Positions 28,914 to 33,934 of a stretch of 33,934 bases of DNA are shown piece by piece. Source of the DNA: Bdellovibrionales bacterium RIFOXYD12_FULL_39_22 (GTDB lineage Bacteria > Bdellovibrionota > Bacteriovoracia > Bacteriovoracales > Bacteriovoracaceae). Within the stretch, counting starts at the first letter, position 1. Every line of letters begins with the position of its first letter. The translations under genes and the position numbers were made by a program. A model generated the notes under the pieces. It saw only the letters and a list, made by a program, of their open reading frames with translations, was not told the origin of the DNA and ran no database searches. The stretch is from positions 62,001 to 95,934 of the forward strand of contig MEQL01000052.1 of NCBI GenBank assembly GCA_001770205.1, given 5' to 3'.

Positions 28914-29788
28914 AAAAATTTATTTTTGGAAATTTCCTGAAAAATATAATCAAAGCGACTGGGCAGTTGTCTCCCTCTTTTCCAAATGGCAGTAATCGGA
29001 TCAATGACCTGTTTTTTGAGTGGTAAAAGTCTAATCTTTTTCTGCTCAGGAAATGCCAATGCCGCATATTCAGGAAGAGCGGTGAATCCCATACCCATTG
29101 CGACGGGCCCAGGAATACGGGTAATTTGATTAATAAATCCGCGTTGGGGAATTTCATTCATGGAATTAAACTCTTTGGGATAATTTGCTAGTAGCAGTCT
29201 GGAAGCGTAATGAAAACAGTCCGGGTGATTTATAAGTCCTATCTTTTTCAGGTTGGCAAAAGATCCATTTTTAAAATTTGAAGGCACCACCAAGCATAGC
29301 CGCTCCTGATCAATAACCTTTCTGTCAAATTCTGCATCAGTAGGAGCTTGGCTGACAAAGCCTACATCTAAACGCTCTTCGGCGATATCTTTAATAATTT
29401 GAGCATTCGGACGGTATTCATAGTGAACGATAAGATTTGGATGTTTTTGTTGTAACGTAAGCAAAAAGGAATACATTTTTATCCCAAAGCTTCCCGGACT
29501 GGCGAAACGACACAGGCCCTGATGAGGATTATCACCACCAATATTGGCATGAAAATCAAAAAGCTCGGCAAAAAGTTTTTGGCCAAAGTGAAAAAGGCGC
29601 TCTCCGGCAGGAGTAAGTGACAAACTTTTTTTTCCACGGATCACTAGTGGGATGGCGTAATACTCCTCCAGCGCTTTTAAATGTTGCGAAACTCCTGGCT
29701 GAGTAAGTCCTAAGCGGTGAGCAGTCTTGGTAAAGTTTTTTGTCTCAACCAGACCAATAAATGTGCGAAGATAGGTTAAATTTAACAT
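28901..29788 (-). CDS. LysR family transcriptional regulator
   Basis: N-terminal HTH LRTF..LVE..NFTKTA.RL.LTQP.VSQHLK.LE, LTPAGE; overlaps the end of the DUF362 gene by 13 bp. Confidence 0.96.
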   Translation of the reverse strand: MLNLTYLRTFIGLVETKNFTKTAHRLGLTQPGVSQHLKALEEYYAIPLVIRGKKSLSLTPAGERLFHFGQKLFAELFDFHANIGGDNPHQGLCRFASPGSFGIKMYSFLLTLQQKHPNLIVHYEYRPNAQIIKDIAEERLDVGFVSQAPTDAEFDRKVIDQERLCLVVPSNFKNGSFANLKKIGLINHPDCFHYASRLLLANYPKEFNSMNEIPQRGFINQITRIPGPVAMGMGFTALPEYAALAFPEQKKIRLLPLKKQVIDPITAIWKRGRQLPSRFDYIFQEISKNKFFQHD

Positions 29789-29802
29789 AATATATACTTA
29801 TC

Positions 29803-29823
29803 ATTATCATAAAAAATGATAAT
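29803..29823. promoter_or_regulatory. Putative LysR operator (inverted repeat containing T-N11-A)
   Basis: ATTATCAT-AAAAA-ATGATAAT lies between the divergent lysR and pfpI-like genes and abuts a TTGGCA...TATAAA promoter-like element. Confidence 0.6.
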
Positions 29824-29882
29824 TGGCAATTATTGTATTTTGGGGTTATAAATCGGCTCACCAAACCAAAAGGAGAACATAT

Positions 29883-30566
29883 ATGAAATTAAAATTATTA
29901 TTAGCAACTGTTTTAGCATTACTAAGTCTCAGCACCTTTGCGGCCCAATTTTCCAAGGTGCAGGCCGACCAAGTTCCCAGCGGCATGCCTTACAACATTA
30001 AAATGCCACCTGTTACCGACAGAGATCAATTTACTGGGAAGCGCATTGCAATTTTGGCATCTCATGGAGTAGAGGAACCAGAAATAACTCTTCCCTATCA
30101 ATATCTAACCGAACGAGGAGCACAGGTTGACATCGTTGTCCCAAGCTGGACACCCCAAGGAATTGTCATCTCTTTATTTCTAATGCCACATCTTTGGGTG
30201 ACTGCCGATAAAACTTTTACAACTGCTACGAATGAAACTTATGACCTGCTCATTCTTACTGGTGGTGCCTGGAATTCACAGGTGGTTAAATCTGATTCGG
30301 AAGCATTGCAATTGATTAACAAGCATTATGCTGCTGGCCGTCCACTTGCCGCAATTTGTGCTGGAACGGAAGTTTTAATTAGCGCTGGACTGATCAAGGG
30401 ACTAACTGTAACAGGGCCATCGTATGCTCGAACAAACCTTGTTAATGCCGGTGCCATTGTTCAAGACCATCCTGCGGTGATCAGTGATGGAATTCTAACT
30501 AGCCGCGATCCAAATGATATTCCATCATTTGTTGCAGGAATTGATTATCTTTTGAGCGATATGTAA
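29883..30566 (+). CDS. DJ-1/PfpI family protein with Sec signal peptide
   Basis: ATG 29883 (AGGAG upstream); MKLKLLLATVLALLSLSTFA signal; GVEEPE, YDLLILTGG, AAICAG, LTSRDPNDIPSF. Confidence 0.9.
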   Translation: MKLKLLLATVLALLSLSTFAAQFSKVQADQVPSGMPYNIKMPPVTDRDQFTGKRIAILASHGVEEPEITLPYQYLTERGAQVDIVVPSWTPQGIVISLFLMPHLWVTADKTFTTATNETYDLLILTGGAWNSQVVKSDSEALQLINKHYAAGRPLAAICAGTEVLISAGLIKGLTVTGPSYARTNLVNAGAIVQDHPAVISDGILTSRDPNDIPSFVAGIDYLLSDM

Positions 30567-30619
30567 TATTAATCCATGAAGAAAAAAGCTTGGCAAGTGT
30601 AATTTTCTTAGATTATGCA

Positions 30620-30811
30620 TCAATACAAGTGGATGGGCCCAGAATGGCTCATGTGGGACAACACGCCTGGGGAGGAACGCTAGCTTGGCCAACTCTGAAA
30701 AGGCCGAAAGACGCGCGCGTGAACTAAATCCTGGAGGAATTGACCGGTCAATAAGTTAAGCTCTCACGAGCTTCAAGATGAAATATACTCTTAATATTGA
30801 TTCATTTCATC
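30620..30811. ncRNA. Candidate structured non-coding RNA or cis-regulatory element, family not recognised
   Basis: About 57% GC over 30631-30750 versus about 27% over 30781-30890 (hand counts); several stems and a 14-bp perfect palindrome; no ORF of 60 aa or more. Confidence 0.35.
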
Positions 30812-30893
30812 AAGATAATTGTGCGCAGTAAAAACGTACAACTTTTCTCAAATCCATATTGACCGATAGTTAAAATTTGGTTCAACTATATAC

Positions 30894-31424
30894 ATGGAAG
30901 AGATTAATGATTTAATGGGAATTATTTCTCATTTATGTAAATGCGAAGTTAAATTTATTATTGCCGGAGGCGTTGCAGTGGTGCTTCAAGGTGTTGAACG
31001 CCTAACCATGGACGTCGATTTGGCACTTCAAATGAATAAAAAAAACATCGGAAAATTTTTACAAGCGATGATTGATCTGCACATGGTTCCAAGAGTGCCA
31101 GTATCTGGAGATATACTATTATCGTCAGAAAAAATTAATCTAATGATAGAGCAAAAGGGAGCGATAGTTTTTACTTTTATTGATCCTCGCATGCCATTAA
31201 AGCAAGTAGACGTTTTTCTTACACCAAATCTATCATATGATTCGCTGGATGGTTTTACCGAGTCAGTAAAAATAGGTGGGAAAAAGATTAAAATTCTCTC
31301 GAAACAGAAGTTAATCGAGCTAAAGCTTCAAGTCGATCCGATGAGAGATAAAGATTTACAGGATATAAAAAACTTACAGGTTTTGATTAATGAAGAAACA
31401 AAAGAAAAAAACAAAAAGCGATGA
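30894..31424 (+). CDS. Nucleotidyltransferase-superfamily protein (DUF6036/AbiEii-like)
   Basis: IIAGGVAVVLQG..R.T.DVD (GG + DxD), later VDVF and L..LK....R.KD..DI..L C-terminus typical of this NTase group. Confidence 0.75.
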   Translation: MEEINDLMGIISHLCKCEVKFIIAGGVAVVLQGVERLTMDVDLALQMNKKNIGKFLQAMIDLHMVPRVPVSGDILLSSEKINLMIEQKGAIVFTFIDPRMPLKQVDVFLTPNLSYDSLDGFTESVKIGGKKIKILSKQKLIELKLQVDPMRDKDLQDIKNLQVLINEETKEKNKKR

Positions 31425-31581
31425 TTTAGAGCATTTTAAAAAACAGCTGGAGGACATACCAGCAGAAGAGTTTCAGGGCCGCTCAGATTTTAAAAAGGCC
31501 TCGCCTGAGCAGCGACTTCGCTGGCTTTCTCAGCTATCAAAATTTGCCTATCTAGCAAGACAAAATTCAAAAAGAGAGTAA
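31390..31581 (+). CDS. Small basic hypothetical protein overlapping the NTase gene (possible partner/antitoxin)
   Basis: 63 aa, 35-bp overlap with the NTase gene; SPEQRLRWL helix motif resembles small genes commonly adjacent to such NTases. Confidence 0.55.
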   Translation: MKKQKKKTKSDDLEHFKKQLEDIPAEEFQGRSDFKKASPEQRLRWLSQLSKFAYLARQNSKRE

Positions 31582-31788
31582 TGTTGCAAGCTGGCCCAGT
31601 GATGATACCGGGAATAGTTGACGGGTATGCCGATTATCAATTTATCGTAGTAAATAAAAGTGTTTAGGACGTTTCGCGTTTTATTTGCTTAAATAATTGT
31701 TTAAATAATCTTGATTAAAAAATAAATCAACCGATAGTGCTATCGTATTTAATAATTAATAAATTTTAAACTTAGAGATGGTTGTCTT

Positions 31789-33672
31789 ATGAAATTACTT
31801 TTCGTACTTACTGCATTCTTATTAATCGGCATGATTAGCTGCAAAGTATCCCTCACTAAGGTGGAGGAAATTTCTACGAACGAGCCAAATATCTCTCCCG
31901 GGCCAAACATTAACGACATCAACGATATTGATAACTCCGACAACGTTGATAATATTGACAGTATTGATGGTGCTTTCATAGATCGTGACTTCATAGATGC
32001 AATGAATACCGCCTGCCCTGGAATTTATAATGAAATTGGGGATATCTCATATAAATATGGAGCAACCATTATCTCTCCACTTCCTCAGGCCAAAATTGCG
32101 TCTAACACTCTAGATGTATCGGGAACATGCTTTCCAGGAACCACTGTTTATTTAAAAGTTCTTGCCAGTCCAGCTTTTAATGCTGAAATTTTATGTAGTC
32201 CCTCTGGAACTTTTCAAGTGACAACCACTGAACTAGTCGGTATGTCCGTTTGGAACTCTTTGGCAAATATTGTTCAACTTACCGTTACCTTGGCCACCTC
32301 CCCTACCGACTATGCTCAAATAGGAAGTCGTTATATAGTCATTAACAGCAACAATAATTCTGAAATATTCAAAATTTCTACGGCCGCTGAGTTTGTGGCC
32401 CTCTTCAATTCTAAACCAGCGGCAAGCTTAGTTTTAACAGGCAATCTGGATTTTTCAAGTTTAGGTCCCATTAAATTGGGAAATGGTTTTAGTGGTACTA
32501 TTGATGGGAACGGTTTTGAAATACGGAATGCAATAATAGAGAAATCCCCAGCTATTTTCGCTGGTACCATAAAAAATCTAAAAATCAAAAACGTAAAAAA
32601 AATTACAGATCCAGACTCCCTTCAATACTCCGCCATCTTTGGACATGAATGTATGGGGGCCAGGTTCATTAACCTAGAGGCTGATTCTGTTGAATCTACA
32701 GGAGAAAATTTTACTGGAATTTTCTGTGGTAATGCGGAGGATACTTCCTTCCAAAAAATTAAAATCAGTAATAGCAAAGTTAGCGGCTTAACTTTTTCTG
32801 GAACTCTTGCCGGAAACATGAGAAGAGTTATTGTTGAATCTGTTTCAATAACCGCAGGATCCGTTGCTAGCATTTCTACTCACGTTGGTGGAATTGCTGG
32901 CAACATAGAGCACTCATGCTTGAAGGCCAATTCCTACTCCGGCCTTGTAATAGGAGGAAGCCTGGTCGGTACTTTGGCAGGTGCCGTAACCGGTAAGGCC
33001 GAAATCAAAACTGGCCTGCCTTACGTGAAAAATTATTCTCAAGACGTTTTATCAAACAAAATAATATCGGAAAAAACCAAAGAGGAATTTATCACACGCA
33101 TCATCGATTTTGAAGGAGACGGAACCGTAGTTGTCGGATCAAATTCGGGAGGTGGGATTGTTGGCGAGTCTAATTTTGCATCATTTGAAAACATATCATT
33201 TAGCGGAGTATTGAGGCATTATAACAATAATGAGGATCGCGATAAATTAACTTTTGATCCTGGGCCGCTGATCAGCGAGGTGTTGTGCTCATCTGGTGGC
33301 GCCTTTGGCTCTTTATCACGTAGCAGGGTTGATAACGCCAAGATCACTATCAACCTAATGGCACATGGTGGAAGCGGAGGATTCATGGCAAATAGTTTTA
33401 ACTCCCACATCTTTAACGTAAATGTTTCATTAACTCCGACGGTGCTTATATACAGCGGGCCACTCATTGTTTCATGTTTGAGTAATCATCTTGCTGGCTT
33501 TGCAAGTAAAATACTTCCGATTGGACTAGATGGAACTAATAGTTACTTATGGGACATTGTGCCTGGGGGATCGACCATTCAATCATGTCAGACGAATGTT
33601 ACTCCTGAAGTTGATGCATTTGTCGCTTCTCCATATGGTGGAGACAATATTATACAAGACTGGATACCGTAA
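31789..33672 (+). CDS. Lipoprotein with Ig-like domain and GLUG-like/beta-helix repeats
   Basis: Lipobox MISC; N/D-rich linker; VSGTC.PG Ig-like segment; ISTAAEF...LTGNLDF...FSGTIDGNGFEIRN; repeated VGGIAG / VGTLAG / GGIVG motifs. Confidence 0.75.
   Translation: MKLLFVLTAFLLIGMISCKVSLTKVEEISTNEPNISPGPNINDINDIDNSDNVDNIDSIDGAFIDRDFIDAMNTACPGIYNEIGDISYKYGATIISPLPQAKIASNTLDVSGTCFPGTTVYLKVLASPAFNAEILCSPSGTFQVTTTELVGMSVWNSLANIVQLTVTLATSPTDYAQIGSRYIVINSNNNSEIFKISTAAEFVALFNSKPAASLVLTGNLDFSSLGPIKLGNGFSGTIDGNGFEIRNAIIEKSPAIFAGTIKNLKIKNVKKITDPDSLQYSAIFGHECMGARFINLEADSVESTGENFTGIFCGNAEDTSFQKIKISNSKVSGLTFSGTLAGNMRRVIVESVSITAGSVASISTHVGGIAGNIEHSCLKANSYSGLVIGGSLVGTLAGAVTGKAEIKTGLPYVKNYSQDVLSNKIISEKTKEEFITRIIDFEGDGTVVVGSNSGGGIVGESNFASFENISFSGVLRHYNNNEDRDKLTFDPGPLISEVLCSSGGAFGSLSRSRVDNAKITINLMAHGGSGGFMANSFNSHIFNVNVSLTPTVLIYSGPLIVSCLSNHLAGFASKILPIGLDGTNSYLWDIVPGGSTIQSCQTNVTPEVDAFVASPYGGDNIIQDWIP
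31906..31968 (+). repeat. Degenerate 9-bp (tripeptide) low-complexity repeat
   Basis: Encodes NINDINDIDNSDNVDNIDSID. Confidence 0.55.
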
Positions 33673-33836
33673 CTAAATTGTAAATTGCATGACACGACGT
33701 ATATTCTCTCTCAAAACGCTCTTTGTTTCTTTCAAGGACAACTTTTTTCTTTGCTGCCTGTTACAAAAAAATATTGATGTGTAGGCATTTCACTGGAATC
33801 GATATAGCTAAGTTTAATTTTGGTATTGCTCCACTA

Positions 33837-33934
33837 TTAGTCCGTCAAGGAAAAATTAAACTCAGAGATTTTTTGACGTAAACAAATCTGTAAGGCTTTC
33901 ACAGCAGTCAGTGATTTAGTCTGATTTATCTGCC
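33837..33934 (-). CDS. Possible 3' end of a gene entering from beyond the window
   Basis: One minus-strand frame is open from the edge (QINQTKSLTAVKALQICLRQKISEFNFSLTD) to TAA at 33837-33839; too short to assign. Confidence 0.3.
   Translation of the reverse strand, partial: QINQTKSLTAVKALQICLRQKISEFNFSLTD

Noticed and set aside
29790..29823. Fur box (GATAATGATAA on the minus strand)
   Set aside because: Only about 13 of 19 positions match; a LysR T-N11-A operator explains the site better given the adjacent divergent lysR.
30645..30715. Known riboswitch or ribozyme (hammerhead CTGA..GAAA, ZTP GCCTGGG, yybP GGGGAG, glycine) in the GC-rich element
   Set aside because: Only short fragments match; the required core nucleotides and their order are absent (e.g. 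CTGAAAA rather than CTGANGA).
31749..33467. Several 80-85 aa minus-strand ORFs
   Set aside because: Antisense to the 627-aa lipoprotein gene; no motifs or RBS support.

Overview
AT-rich bacterial chromosomal segment. A Bdellovibrionota (Bacteriovoracia-like) origin is an inference from the secreted trypsin-like protease and the many lipoproteins, and is not verified. Core genes are ftsH, tilS, tRNA-Met(CAT), a UDP-glucuronate decarboxylase-like gene, an EamA transporter, trmFO, glutamine-dependent nadE and argS. Interspersed accessory loci: (1) a three-gene lipoprotein operon (FN3 plus beta-propeller protein and two Cys-patterned FN3-like paralogues); (2) a Cys-free ArsC/Spx-fold protein; (3) a GH43 lipoprotein with a perfect 4x30-bp Pro/Thr linker repeat; (4) an amino-acid uptake/catabolism block (APC permease, beta-alpha ADP-forming acyl-CoA ligase, livKHMGF); (5) dsbA-like and DUF362 genes; (6) a LysR gene divergent from an exported DJ-1/PfpI protein; (7) a nucleotidyltransferase with a small partner gene; (8) a GLUG/beta-helix lipoprotein. 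The most unusual signals are a strong excess of GGCC with scarcity of GGCT/AGCC in hand-counted intervals, and an unassigned GC-rich, hairpin-rich intergenic element at about 30620-30815 just upstream of the nucleotidyltransferase pair. No CRISPR array, transposase, integrase or rRNA was seen.
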